DNA from: Eubacteriales bacterium
Lineage (GTDB): Bacteria; Bacillota; Clostridia; Oscillospirales; QAKW01
Assembly: GCA_045541555.1 (NCBI GenBank)
Contig: JAZQJH010000010.1
Coordinates: 9,346 to 73,345 of the forward strand
DNA length: 64,000 nt
Direction: 5' to 3'
Shown: in pieces, positions 18,887-28,213 of the stretch
Numbering within the stretch: position 1 is the first letter of the stretch
How the letters are laid out: every line of letters begins with the position of its first letter
Made by a program: the position numbers and the translations under genes
Notes under the pieces: generated by a model
The model's database searches: none
Seen by the model: only the letters and a program-made list of their open reading frames with translations
Told to the model about the DNA's origin: nothing

Positions 18887-20163
18887 GTAGCATCTATACC
18901 TGCACCGCCATTGGAGAGCAATATGAGAAATTTATCCACTCCAGCGGACTGACGGTCTATTTTATGAAAAAGCAGGAAAAGGCGAAAAAGGCGGCCATGA
19001 TCGCGGCAAAGTTCGGCTCTATTAATTATACCTTTACCGCACCGGACGGACGCGAAGTGACTGTCCCAAATGGTACTGCTCATTTCCTGGAGCATAAGCT
19101 TTTTGAAGGAGAAAAGGGCAATGCCTTTGATTTCTATGCCAAAACCGGCGCAAAAGCCAACGCCTATACCTCCAATGATAAGACCGCCTATTACTTTATC
19201 TGCAGCGACCGGTTTGAGGAAAACCTGGATACCCTCCTTTCCTTTGTTACCCATCCCTATCTAACGGAAGAGAACGTGGAGAAGGAAAAGGGGATCATTG
19301 CCCAGGAAATCAAAATGTATGAAGATGAGCCTGGTTGGCAAGGCTATTTTACCATGGTTCAGGGGCTTTATCAGGAGCACCCCATCCGCCGGGATATCGC
19401 CGGAACGGTGGAGGATATTTATTCTCTTACCCCGGAAATTCTGATGGATTGCTACCGGACGTTCTATCACCCCAGTAATTTGGTGTTGTCGGTGGTGGGG
19501 GACGTGGATAAGGATGCGGTACTTTCTGCCATTGATCGCTATTTCCCCGGGAAATCCACCCTCTCTGCAGGCACCATGCCCATCACAGAGCCGGATGCTG
19601 CCGGGGAGCGGTATACCGAGAAATCCATGCTGATCTCCAAGCCCATCTTTCATCTTGGATTTAAAGATAACGATACGGACGTGGACGGTTTTGACCTCTC
19701 TAAAAAAGAGATGGAGGTTGAAATTTTACTGGAGTACCTTTTCGGAAAATCCTCGCCCTTCTATAAAGAACTGTATGAGGCCGGCGTTATCAACAGTGAA
19801 TTTGACTGCTGGTACGATCTTTCGGATTATTTCTCTTTCTGCGTCATCAACGGAGAAAGTGACCGCCCGAAGGCGGTAGAATGCGCCGCTTTTCGGCATA
19901 TTGAAAAATTGAAAGCAGAAGGGGTAGACGAAGCCCGTTTCCGTGCCATTCGCAACGGTCTTTACGGCGCATTGGTGATGGAGACCGATCAAGCGTACAG
20001 TATGGCCAACCGCATGGTTGGAAATTATCTCAACGGTGCTGAGACCTTTGATGCCATTGATGCTTTGCAAAAGATCTGCCCCGAGGATCTTCGTACCCGG
20101 GCAGAAAAAATGTTCGCCGAGGAGCGGAGCTGCCTTTCGGTGATCAACCCCAAGGAGGAATAA
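18883..20163 (+). CDS. M16 family zinc peptidase
   Basis: The inverted zinc motif HFLEH (GTAHFLEHKLFEG), in a tandem pair as with ymfF/ymfH. Confidence 0.85.
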   Translation: MSSIYTCTAIGEQYEKFIHSSGLTVYFMKKQEKAKKAAMIAAKFGSINYTFTAPDGREVTVPNGTAHFLEHKLFEGEKGNAFDFYAKTGAKANAYTSNDKTAYYFICSDRFEENLDTLLSFVTHPYLTEENVEKEKGIIAQEIKMYEDEPGWQGYFTMVQGLYQEHPIRRDIAGTVEDIYSLTPEILMDCYRTFYHPSNLVLSVVGDVDKDAVLSAIDRYFPGKSTLSAGTMPITEPDAAGERYTEKSMLISKPIFHLGFKDNDTDVDGFDLSKKEMEVEILLEYLFGKSSPFYKELYEAGVINSEFDCWYDLSDYFSFCVINGESDRPKAVECAAFRHIEKLKAEGVDEARFRAIRNGLYGALVMETDQAYSMANRMVGNYLNGAETFDAIDALQKICPEDLRTRAEKMFAEERSCLSVINPKEE

Positions 20164-20166
20164 CCC

Positions 20167-21114
20167 ATGGATTATAATACAGTTTCCTTTCCGGGGCTTG
20201 GGATCGGGGAGTTTACCATCGATCCCACAGCCTTTAAGATTACGGAGAATATTACCATCGAATGGTATGCCATAATCATTTGCGTGGGAATTCTGGCGGC
20301 GTTCTTCGCCTGTGATCGTCTTGCAAAGCGGTTTGATTTGGTGAGTGATCATATCCTGGACGTTCTGCTGGTCAGCCTGCCTGCCGGCTTTATCGGCGCC
20401 CGGGTGTGGTACATATTGGGAGATCTCCAAAACTTTGATTCCTTTATGGATATGATAGCAGTCTGGAATGGCGGATTGGCGATCTATGGCGGTATCTTTG
20501 GCGGATGTCTGGCGGCATACTTCGTCTGTCGTTTTAAAAAGATCTCCTTTCTCAATATGTTGGATCTGGCGTCAATCGGTTTTATGATCGGCCAGTGTAT
20601 CGGACGCTGGGGCAATTTTGCCAATGTGGAGGTTTTCGGTGTTCAAACCGACCTACCTTGGCGAATGGGTGTCGGCGTTGATTGCATCGCGGAATACGTC
20701 CACCCCTTGTTCCTCTATGAATCTCTTTGGAACCTCTTGGGCCTTTTGTTCATCGTGGCTTATATGGAATCCAGAAAATTTAGGGGCGAACTCTTTTTAA
20801 TGTATACCGCTTGGTATGGAATTGGCCGAGCCTGGATGGAGAATCTGCGCGATGTCACGTATAATCTTCATATCTTTGGCTTGCGAATCAATTTGGTTTT
20901 GGCAGCTTTGGCGGCGGTGGTTGCCATTGCGCTGATCATCCTGATTCGCGTCCGGAAGCCTCAGCGTTTCATGATCCAAAGAGAGATGGCGAAAAATGAT
21001 GAGAAACCGGGCTACAAACCGCAATTCGATTATGCAGTCGAGCCGGAGGAAGAACAGCCTCAAGCGGAGGAAATTACACAAATGGAGGAAGAAGAAAATG
21101 GCGAAGATCATTGA
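20167..21114 (+). CDS. lgt: Prolipoprotein diacylglyceryl transferase
   Basis: GARVWYIL, GRWGNFANVEVFG and a polytopic topology. An acidic C-terminal tail (EPEEEQPQAEEITQMEEEENGEDH) overlaps the folD start. Confidence 0.9.
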   Translation: MDYNTVSFPGLGIGEFTIDPTAFKITENITIEWYAIIICVGILAAFFACDRLAKRFDLVSDHILDVLLVSLPAGFIGARVWYILGDLQNFDSFMDMIAVWNGGLAIYGGIFGGCLAAYFVCRFKKISFLNMLDLASIGFMIGQCIGRWGNFANVEVFGVQTDLPWRMGVGVDCIAEYVHPLFLYESLWNLLGLLFIVAYMESRKFRGELFLMYTAWYGIGRAWMENLRDVTYNLHIFGLRINLVLAALAAVVAIALIILIRVRKPQRFMIQREMAKNDEKPGYKPQFDYAVEPEEEQPQAEEITQMEEEENGEDH

Positions 21115-21952
21115 CGGAAAAGCTATTGCTCAGCAGGTGCGCGGCGAGATTCGTGAAGAAACGGAAAAGCTGATCGCCCAAGGGGTTCGACCCGGTCTTG
21201 CGGTGATCATCGTAGGGGAGGACAGTGCCTCCCAGGTCTATGTGCGCAACAAGATCAAAGCTTGTGCGGAAGTCGGCTTTTATTCGGAAAACTATGAGCT
21301 TTCTGCGGATACCGCAGAAGAGGAACTGCTGGCGCTGATTCAAAAATTGAACGCCGATCCGGCGATCCATGGCATTTTGGTTCAGCTTCCCTTGCCGAAG
21401 CATCTGGACGAAAATAAAGTCATTGCGGCAATCGATCCGAAAAAGGATGTGGATGCATTCCATATTCAGAACGTGGGAAAGATCATGCTGGGGCAGTATG
21501 ATTTCCTTCCCTGCACACCGGCCGGCGTCATGAAACTGCTGGAATACAGCGGGATTGAGGTCTCAGGCAAGGATTGTGTCGTAGTGGGGCGGAGCAATAT
21601 CGTGGGCAAGCCCCAGGCGATGCTGCTGCTCCATGCCAACGGCACGGTGCAGATCTGCCATTCCAAGACAAAGAATTTGGCAGAAAAGACTGCTGCGGCC
21701 GATATCCTGGTCGTTGCCATTGGTAAAGCAAAATTTATTACCGGTGATATGATTAAGGAAGGCGCCGTCGTCATCGACGTCGGCATGGATCGGGATGAGA
21801 ACGGCAAGCTTTGCGGCGACGTGGATTTTGATTCTTGTTTTGATAAAGCCTCTTATATCACCCCCGTTCCCGGCGGCGTTGGCCCCATGACCATTACCAT
21901 GCTGCTTCGCAATACCCTTTCGGCAGCTAAATTAACGATAAAGCAGGACTAA
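21098..21952 (+). CDS. folD: Bifunctional 5,10-methylene-THF dehydrogenase/cyclohydrolase
   Basis: Trimmed to the ATG at 21098 (MAKIIDGKAIA). The protein contains VGRSNIVGKP and TPVPGGVGPMT. Confidence 0.95.
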   Translation: MAKIIDGKAIAQQVRGEIREETEKLIAQGVRPGLAVIIVGEDSASQVYVRNKIKACAEVGFYSENYELSADTAEEELLALIQKLNADPAIHGILVQLPLPKHLDENKVIAAIDPKKDVDAFHIQNVGKIMLGQYDFLPCTPAGVMKLLEYSGIEVSGKDCVVVGRSNIVGKPQAMLLLHANGTVQICHSKTKNLAEKTAAADILVVAIGKAKFITGDMIKEGAVVIDVGMDRDENGKLCGDVDFDSCFDKASYITPVPGGVGPMTITMLLRNTLSAAKLTIKQD

Positions 21953-21956
21953 AATA

Positions 21957-22676
21957 ATGAATGGAACAGTAAACGTTTTGAATAATCTGGCCTATATCTG
22001 GCCGGCGCTTTTGATGGGTGCGATCATTCCGGCAGGCGTACTGCTGACCCTCTTTTTTGGCAAAAAGAAAAAGCAGATTTCCTTTAAATCTGCTCTTTAT
22101 GGGTTCGGTACGTTCTTCGTGGTACTGGCGGCGGTGGCAGTTTTACTTCTGGTCTTTGCACAGGTCTTTTTGACCGGCGTCAGCATTTCCACTGAAGCAG
22201 ACGCAAACTCTTATATTTATATAGGCGGTGCCGTCGTATTGCTCCTTTTTTGGCTGCTTTCGGAGGTGCTCAAGGCGATCAGCTTTGATAGTGCTATAAA
22301 ATCAGAGCAGAAGGAAGAGGCCGGTCTTGCTTTCGGCAGCGGCTTTTCCTTGGCGCAAAATCTTTTGATCTTTGGATTGATCTTCCTGGGTGAGCTGGAT
22401 ATGAGCCAATCTATGGCATTCGGACTTTTAATGCTGATAAGCGGCGGGATCTATATTCTTGTTTCGGCTGTGGGATATCGGATGGCGCTGGAGAAGCAAC
22501 GTTATGCCGGTGCAGCGGTCGCGCTTTCCTATTTCGCCCTTTTTGCCGTTATGCTGATCTTTTCTAACATTTATATCACGTACGGCTGTGTAGCGGCGGT
22601 GCTGGTGTTCAATCTGATCATCGCCTATGTAACGCTGCCTCTACCCTTTAAAAAGAAAAAGGAGGGATCCGTATGA
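21957..22676 (+). CDS. Hypothetical polytopic membrane protein
   Basis: 239 aa with about 7 TM helices. No motif recognised. Confidence 0.5.
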   Translation: MNGTVNVLNNLAYIWPALLMGAIIPAGVLLTLFFGKKKKQISFKSALYGFGTFFVVLAAVAVLLLVFAQVFLTGVSISTEADANSYIYIGGAVVLLLFWLLSEVLKAISFDSAIKSEQKEEAGLAFGSGFSLAQNLLIFGLIFLGELDMSQSMAFGLLMLISGGIYILVSAVGYRMALEKQRYAGAAVALSYFALFAVMLIFSNIYITYGCVAAVLVFNLIIAYVTLPLPFKKKKEGSV

Positions 22677-23464
22677 CCGCACTCCTTTGGTATTATTTCG
22701 CGGCAATCCTGTTGCTTGCCGCGGGATTTACAGGGCTTTACCTGTATTTAAAGAAGAAGCAGAAGATCAAAGTTCACTGGGGAATGTTTTTCTTAGGGAT
22801 CATCGTGGCGGTGGCGTTATTTCTGATCATTCTTTTGCTGTTCCGCCTCACCTTTAAAACGGAATATTACTATAATACGCCCTTTTTCCGTACGTTGGTC
22901 GGCTTTGTCTTTTTGGCATTGCTGGCACTTTTGCGGATGCTGATCGTAAGATCGGCGCTTTATAACCGTTATAAAGAGGAGCAAGGGGATTCTTTTTGCT
23001 TTGGCTTCGGAGCAGCTCCGGGGCTGTTTTTAGGGATCTATTTACTGATCATGCTTCCGTTAGTGGGATTAAACGGTCTTTTCAACGGCCCTTGCCAGGT
23101 GGCGGAGGAGGGATACCTAACCTTTGCAGATAATACTATCATTACGGTATTTCGCCCGGCAGCCGGCCATCTGTCCTTTGCCGTCGCTTTTCTTGCTTTT
23201 GCAATGCTGACCGTCGCGGCAGGAGGATTTCTTCGTAAGATTTCGACTCAGCCTTATCGTACCGGCGTAATGGTGCTTTGGACAATTTTCGCCATCGCCT
23301 TGGAGGGGGCTGCGATCTTGCCGCTTCCGTTTTTTGCGATGTACGGCTTAAAGCATTGGCAGCTTGCGGTATGGGTTGCGGTTTTGGCGGCAATTCAAAC
23401 CGTTTTGGTTCGTTTTATTCCTAAAATTCAAGAAGAGTCTACTTATACGAAGCAATTTGAATAG
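22673..23464 (+). CDS. Hypothetical polytopic membrane protein (architecture similar to the upstream gene)
   Basis: 263 aa with about 7 TM helices. Its start overlaps the upstream stop by 4 bp. Confidence 0.5.
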   Translation: MTALLWYYFAAILLLAAGFTGLYLYLKKKQKIKVHWGMFFLGIIVAVALFLIILLLFRLTFKTEYYYNTPFFRTLVGFVFLALLALLRMLIVRSALYNRYKEEQGDSFCFGFGAAPGLFLGIYLLIMLPLVGLNGLFNGPCQVAEEGYLTFADNTIITVFRPAAGHLSFAVAFLAFAMLTVAAGGFLRKISTQPYRTGVMVLWTIFAIALEGAAILPLPFFAMYGLKHWQLAVWVAVLAAIQTVLVRFIPKIQEESTYTKQFE

Positions 23465-24038
23465 CAGTCGGGATCTCTTGGAAGGTGATGCCGCTTTCTG
23501 AAAGTGCGATCTGACTGACCGGTACCTCTAAAAGATCGTTGAGTGCAGTGTATTCGTCGATATACGAGGTGGCGATTCCGGCTGGTAATGTGTGGCCGGA
23601 AAAGGTGACGGTATCGACGACGAAACGTCCGTTTCCATCTTCGCCCTCGCCAATATGCCCCTTGACGGTGACGTTTTCTCCCTTAAGAACCCCTAAAAGC
23701 ATTTCAAATGGCTCTAATTCCTTGCAGACGGCGGTTAGTCTCTTGGGATCAGAAAGTGTGCCGGAAATGGCGTAATGCCCCTCACTCTCGCCGGAAAATG
23801 CGATTTCTTTGATAAAGCCCAGCTCTGAAAGGTTGTCTTCGATCAGTCGGCTGAATACCTGGTTGGAGTAATGACCGCTTGGGTTATGGGGGATTTTTAC
23901 CTCATCATCGGGGGTGGGCGCAGGGGCTTCACTTTGAGGTCGCATCATATAAAGGGTCGTCAGCCCCATCGCGAGGATCAACGCGGTGACGAAAAAAGAG
24001 GTCCATTTGATCTTGTAATAATTCCATGCTTTTTTCAT
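23439..24038 (-). CDS. Hypothetical membrane-anchored protein
   Basis: 199 aa with a single N-terminal TM helix. Its 3' end overlaps the convergent gene by 26 bp. Confidence 0.5.
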   Translation of the reverse strand: MKKAWNYYKIKWTSFFVTALILAMGLTTLYMMRPQSEAPAPTPDDEVKIPHNPSGHYSNQVFSRLIEDNLSELGFIKEIAFSGESEGHYAISGTLSDPKRLTAVCKELEPFEMLLGVLKGENVTVKGHIGEGEDGNGRFVVDTVTFSGHTLPAGIATSYIDEYTALNDLLEVPVSQIALSESGITFQEIPTAIQIASYK

Positions 24039-24081
24039 GATTGAAAACCTTTCTTAAAATGAATTGGAGGTATCTGTTGCA

Positions 24082-25089
24082 ATGAAAAATAAAAAACTGT
24101 TTGCCTTGATTGCCGGCGTTGCTTGCCTGATTATCGTTATTTCGATGATGATCGGTTCTTGCTCTAAAAAGCCGGAAGAGTCATCTCCCGATAATCCGCC
24201 GGAAACGGATACGACAGTGGATTCCACTTTGGAAAACGACAATGAAGATAAGCAACCGGCGGAGGATGAAAAGGACAATGATCCGGTAGAGGATCAGCCC
24301 GAAGAAAAAGAGCCGGAAACGGATAAAAAGGAAGAAGATCCGGTAAAGGATGAGCCGGAAAAGGACGAAAAAGAAGAAAAACCGGCTGAGGACAAAAAGG
24401 ACGAAGAACCCGAGCAGGAGGAGCCTGTCGTCAATAATACGGCAACCACCCTGGACTATACGACCAAAGAAGGGATCGAAGCCATTCTCAACGATCCTTA
24501 TATGATCTTTGTCAATCGCGATAATCGTGTTTCTAAGGATTTCGTGCCCAGCGATTTGGTGGCGTACGATGGGGGCTATAAGCTCAATCGTACCTGCTCC
24601 GAGGCGCTGAAAAAGCTGACCAATGCCGGACGAAAAGCCGGATATAATTATATTTTGTATTCCGGTTATCGTTCTTATTCAAGCCAGTATAATAAATACT
24701 ATAATAAAATTGCCTATTGGGAAGACCAGGGATATTCCAATGAAAAGGCTATTGAGCTGACCGATCAGTACTATGCACCGCCCGGTGCCAGCGAGCATCA
24801 TACGGGTTTGGCGGCGGACGTCTGTATTCCGTCCATCGTTAATAAATATGCTTGCCTGCATGAGAATTACGACCAAACCGCAGAATTTAAATGGTTTGCC
24901 GCTCATGCTCATGAGTATGGCTTTATTTTGCGCTATCCAAAAGGTGGCGAGAGCATTACCGGCTATAACTATGAGCCGTGGCACTTCCGCTATGTGGGGG
25001 TGGAGATCGCTACCGATATTTATAATCGTGGTATCACCATGGAAGAATACGTGGCAGATCTGAAAGCAAAGCTGGCTCAATTTGAATAA
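24082..25089 (+). CDS. D-alanyl-D-alanine carboxypeptidase, VanY/M15B family
   Basis: The ATG at 24082 follows the RBS ggagg. It has a TM anchor, an acidic E/K/P/D-rich linker of about 100 aa, and then SEHHTGLAADV and EPWHFRYVG. Confidence 0.85.
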   Translation: MKNKKLFALIAGVACLIIVISMMIGSCSKKPEESSPDNPPETDTTVDSTLENDNEDKQPAEDEKDNDPVEDQPEEKEPETDKKEEDPVKDEPEKDEKEEKPAEDKKDEEPEQEEPVVNNTATTLDYTTKEGIEAILNDPYMIFVNRDNRVSKDFVPSDLVAYDGGYKLNRTCSEALKKLTNAGRKAGYNYILYSGYRSYSSQYNKYYNKIAYWEDQGYSNEKAIELTDQYYAPPGASEHHTGLAADVCIPSIVNKYACLHENYDQTAEFKWFAAHAHEYGFILRYPKGGESITGYNYEPWHFRYVGVEIATDIYNRGITMEEYVADLKAKLAQFE

Positions 25090-25094
25090 TTTAA

Positions 25095-25124
25095 AAGCGG
25101 AAGGGTTTCACCTTCCGCTTTCTG
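25095..25124 (+). terminator. Intrinsic terminator
   Basis: Stem aagcggaagg / ccttccgctt (10 bp), a 6-nt loop and a short T-rich tail. Confidence 0.6.
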
Positions 25125-25168
25125 CATATTATGGAAATTACGGTGAAAAATAAGGACGAGGTGATGGA

Positions 25169-25846
25169 ATGGTCGTCAGTATCTTTCGCTGCGTGGTTTT
25201 ATATATTGCGGTTGTGTTGTCGGTGCGCATCATGGGCAAGCGGCAGATCGGGGAACTGCAGCCGTCGGAGCTGGTGATCACCATCATGCTTTCGGAGTTG
25301 GCGGCGTTGCCGCTGCAGGATCTGAATATGCCGCTCATTTGGGGAATAATGCCGATGTTTTTGATGGTGGGGTTGGAGCTTTTGATGTCGCTTTTTACCT
25401 TGAAATCCATGCGGTTTCGTGCCTTTTGCTATGGCAAGCCGGTTCTATTGATCTATCAAGGCAAGATCAATCAGTATGAGCTTTTGCGCACCCGGGTCTC
25501 CATGGAAGACATTATGGAAGCCATGCGTGGAAACGGGATCTTGCAGGTGGAGGATATTGAAACGGCAGTTCTGGAAACCAACGGTACCGTCTCGGTTATT
25601 GCAAAGCCGCAGGCGGCACCGCCCACTGCCAAGGATTTGAAGATCACGACAGAGAAAAGCGGTGGAATTCCGGAGATCTTGGTGATGGATGGGCATATGG
25701 TCAATAAAAATATAAAGAAAAAATCCTTGTCAATGGAGGATTTGACGGAAATTCTGCGCGGTTATGAGATTAAAATGGAGGACGTCTTTATGCTGACGAT
25801 GGACGAAAATAAGAAAACCTTTTTGGTGCGGCGAGAACTGAAATGA
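25169..25846 (+). CDS. DUF421 (YetF/YrbG-like) membrane protein
   Basis: The N-terminus VVLSVRIMGKRQIGELQPSELVITIMLSELAA is typical of DUF421. Confidence 0.8.
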   Translation: MVVSIFRCVVLYIAVVLSVRIMGKRQIGELQPSELVITIMLSELAALPLQDLNMPLIWGIMPMFLMVGLELLMSLFTLKSMRFRAFCYGKPVLLIYQGKINQYELLRTRVSMEDIMEAMRGNGILQVEDIETAVLETNGTVSVIAKPQAAPPTAKDLKITTEKSGGIPEILVMDGHMVNKNIKKKSLSMEDLTEILRGYEIKMEDVFMLTMDENKKTFLVRRELK

Positions 25847-26232
25847 AGCGTACCGTCATCAGTCTGACTCTTATAACGGTTTTCATTCTGGCGGTTGCTT
25901 TTGGGGATATTTACTTTATGACCGGGTATGCCGCGGGAATGAATGACCACCTGGACGCGGTGGAAAAGGCGATAAGCTTCGAGGAAAAGAAGGCTTGCGC
26001 TTTATCCATGGATGAATACTTCCGCTCTAAGGAGTTCTGGGCGCATCGGTTTGTTCCTACGGGACGGATCGAAGAACTGGAAATGCTGCTCCATAAACTC
26101 AATTCTTATATTGAGACCAAGGACGACCATGAGGTGGATGCCACAGTAGCAGAGCTGCGTGCCCGCGTTAATTTACTTTATTCCACCTCGGTTTACCATT
26201 GGCACCATCCTACGGAATTTCGCATAGAATAG
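25843..26232 (+). CDS. DUF4363-like protein
   Basis: 129 aa with an N-terminal TM helix. It overlaps the DUF421 gene by 4 bp, which is the usual DUF421/DUF4363 pairing. Confidence 0.6.
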   Translation: MKRTVISLTLITVFILAVAFGDIYFMTGYAAGMNDHLDAVEKAISFEEKKACALSMDEYFRSKEFWAHRFVPTGRIEELEMLLHKLNSYIETKDDHEVDATVAELRARVNLLYSTSVYHWHHPTEFRIE

Positions 26233-26263
26233 GGCGAGAGTATATTGGGAGAGGGGTGACGGC

Positions 26264-26419
26264 TTGAAAAAGAATCATCTTTTTAAAACGATCGCCTGCT
26301 TTGCGGCGGCTGTGGCGCTGGGGATTTTGATCCAGATTTTTCTCCCGGATATTCTGATCATTGCAATCAGCTGTGTCCTGGTATTGATCATGGGGATTGT
26401 GATTGCAAAATTTACATAA
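26264..26419 (+). CDS. Small hydrophobic protein (51 aa, two predicted TM helices), absent from the ORF track
   Basis: My own translation from the TTG at 26264, which follows the RBS gagaggggtga, gives MKKNHLFKTIACFAAAVALGILIQIFLPDILIIAISCVLVLIMGIVIAKFT. The antisense track ORF 26275..27117 looks spurious. Confidence 0.45.
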   Translation: MKKNHLFKTIACFAAAVALGILIQIFLPDILIIAISCVLVLIMGIVIAKFT

Positions 26420-26431
26420 GGAGGGAACGTT

Positions 26432-26512
26432 ATGCAGGTTGTAATTGTCAAGCCTCCGAAATTCATACGGGGCATTCTGAAACGCGTATTTAAAATCAAT
26501 AATGTGGACTGA
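26432..26512 (+). CDS. spoVM: Stage V sporulation protein M (26-aa amphipathic peptide), absent from the ORF track
   Basis: A strong RBS aaggaggg lies 6 nt upstream. The peptide MQVVIVKPPKFIRGILKRVFKINNVD has the same length and the same K-x-PKF-x-x-G-I pattern as B. subtilis SpoVM (MKFYTIKLPKFLGGIVRAMLGSFRKD, quoted from memory). Confidence 0.65.
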   Translation: MQVVIVKPPKFIRGILKRVFKINNVD

Positions 26513-26574
26513 TCGGTTCTAAACCACGGCTTTTTCTCATAGGTAATAATAAAAAAACAAAGGAGCCGTGGCCC

Positions 26575-28098
26575 ATGGAATGTAATCAGCAACAAACGAT
26601 GGTGGCAGCGACCAAAACGCTGTATGAAAACTTTATTGAGGAAAAATGTGAGAGTGACCTTCTGATTCCGGATTACTTCCCGGCCGCCGAAAAGATCATC
26701 CAATGCAATGCTGTTCCGGCATTGATCAAAAAGGAGATTGAAGGCGACCGCTTGAATTTGGAAGGGGTTTGCCGCTTTACAGTTATTTATCAAGGGGAAG
26801 AGGAAGGCGGAATTAAATCGCTCAGCGAGACAGTTTCTTTCAGCGAAAGCTTTCCGTTGAAAGAGACGGGGAATGATCCTTGGGTACAGTCGATCGTGCG
26901 CGTCGCCGGCACCTCCTGCCGTCTCTTGAATTCTCGCAAAATCAGCGTAAAGGCTACCGTATCGGTGGCACTCAAGGTGAAGGGGCAGGAGATGACCGAT
27001 ACCATCGAGGAGATGGATTGCAATGAGGCGGAAGCGTTGTTTGTTCCTGCGACGGTCTATACAGTCCTGGAGCATACAGCCGATACCACCAAGGTCCAGG
27101 GTGAGATAGAGGTACATACCGATATTCAGGACGTCTTAAAGACGGACGGCTCGGTTTGCATTAAAGATATTAAGCTCTTGCCGGGAAAGGCGATTGTTAA
27201 AGGCGTGGCAGATCTCTTTGTCCTCTTTACGCCGGAATCCGATCCATCCAAGGTAGAAAGCACCTCTACTGCCATTCCGTTCAGCCAGGTGCTGGAGCTG
27301 CAGCATACGGACGAAAATGGTCGAATGGAAGCAATTTCGTCTATTCAGAACCTCCGGACGGACGTAGAGACGGATGATAGCGGGAAAAATCGCCTGATCT
27401 CTATTACCGCCACTCTGATGACTGAGGGGGAGCTTTACGACAACCGCGAACATCGCCTTTTGATGGATGCCTATTCCAATCGGTATCCGATCCGGCTTCA
27501 AAGAGCGCCATTAACGATGGAGGAAATGACCGAGCAAGGGGAGATCAATGAGACGGTGCGTCATGAAATCCCCGTGGACGGCGGAGAGGTTGAGGTAATT
27601 CAGGCTCTGGGTACACCGATCATTCAAAAGATCACCGGGCAGGATAAAACCCTTTCCGTCGAGGGGATTTTAGATGTTTCCATGTTTGTTCGCGAGGGTG
27701 AAAACTATCGTGGGATTGACAAGGTTTTACCCTTTACACTTAAAAAAGATCTGCAGCGCTTAAGCGGCCGAATGCGTTGTGAGGTGCGGCCTTGCGTCCT
27801 TGGCATGGACTGGTCAATGAGCGGTGAAAACATCGAACTCAAGACCGAAATTGCCTGCTCAATTACAGTTTTTTCCAAAGAGACTGTTGAGGTCATCTCC
27901 GACGTGGAACTGGACGTAGAACATCCTCTGGAGCAGATGGCGCAAAAGCCCTTGGTCATTTATTATGGCGAAAAAGGGGAGCGTCTTTGGGATATTGCCC
28001 GAAAGTATGCGACTTCCGTGGCGGCTATCAAGAGCATTAATGACCTTGATCGCGACGTTCTGGATGGGAAGCAGCTGCTTCTGATCTCTGCAATCTGA
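26575..28098 (+). CDS. DUF3794-repeat protein with a C-terminal LysM domain (SipL/SpoVID-like coat morphogenetic protein)
   Basis: 507 aa. The C-terminus VIYYGEKGERLWDIARKYATSVAAIKSINDL...GKQLLLI is a LysM domain. Size and architecture match C. difficile SipL as I recall it. Confidence 0.6.
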   Translation: MECNQQQTMVAATKTLYENFIEEKCESDLLIPDYFPAAEKIIQCNAVPALIKKEIEGDRLNLEGVCRFTVIYQGEEEGGIKSLSETVSFSESFPLKETGNDPWVQSIVRVAGTSCRLLNSRKISVKATVSVALKVKGQEMTDTIEEMDCNEAEALFVPATVYTVLEHTADTTKVQGEIEVHTDIQDVLKTDGSVCIKDIKLLPGKAIVKGVADLFVLFTPESDPSKVESTSTAIPFSQVLELQHTDENGRMEAISSIQNLRTDVETDDSGKNRLISITATLMTEGELYDNREHRLLMDAYSNRYPIRLQRAPLTMEEMTEQGEINETVRHEIPVDGGEVEVIQALGTPIIQKITGQDKTLSVEGILDVSMFVREGENYRGIDKVLPFTLKKDLQRLSGRMRCEVRPCVLGMDWSMSGENIELKTEIACSITVFSKETVEVISDVELDVEHPLEQMAQKPLVIYYGEKGERLWDIARKYATSVAAIKSINDLDRDVLDGKQLLLISAI

Positions 28099-28101
28099 TT
28101 G

Positions 28102-28144
28102 AAACGTGCATTTCTGGAAATTTGCAGAAATGCACGTTTTTTTA
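28102..28144 (+). terminator. Intrinsic terminator
   Basis: A 15-bp stem aaacgtgcatttctg / cagaaatgcacgttt followed by a T tract. Confidence 0.85.
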
Positions 28145-28154
28145 TATATAATTA

Positions 28155-28183
28155 TTGATAAATCTAAATTATAGTGTTATAAT
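28155..28183 (+). promoter_or_regulatory. sigma-A-type promoter of recJ-relA
   Basis: TTGATA at 28155-28160, a 17-nt spacer, and TGtTATAAT with TATAAT at 28178-28183. Confidence 0.55.
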
Positions 28184-28213
28184 TATTATTATTTTATTTT
28201 AGGAGGCGGTATT

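Noticed and set aside
20996-21097. The N-terminal extensions of folD (track start 20996), rpmG (38530), dtd (32402), sigG (58225) and the lipoprotein gene (14128).
   Set aside because: In each case an internal ATG preceded by an RBS reproduces the canonical family N-terminus. The extensions overlap upstream genes or are basic, low-complexity sequence.
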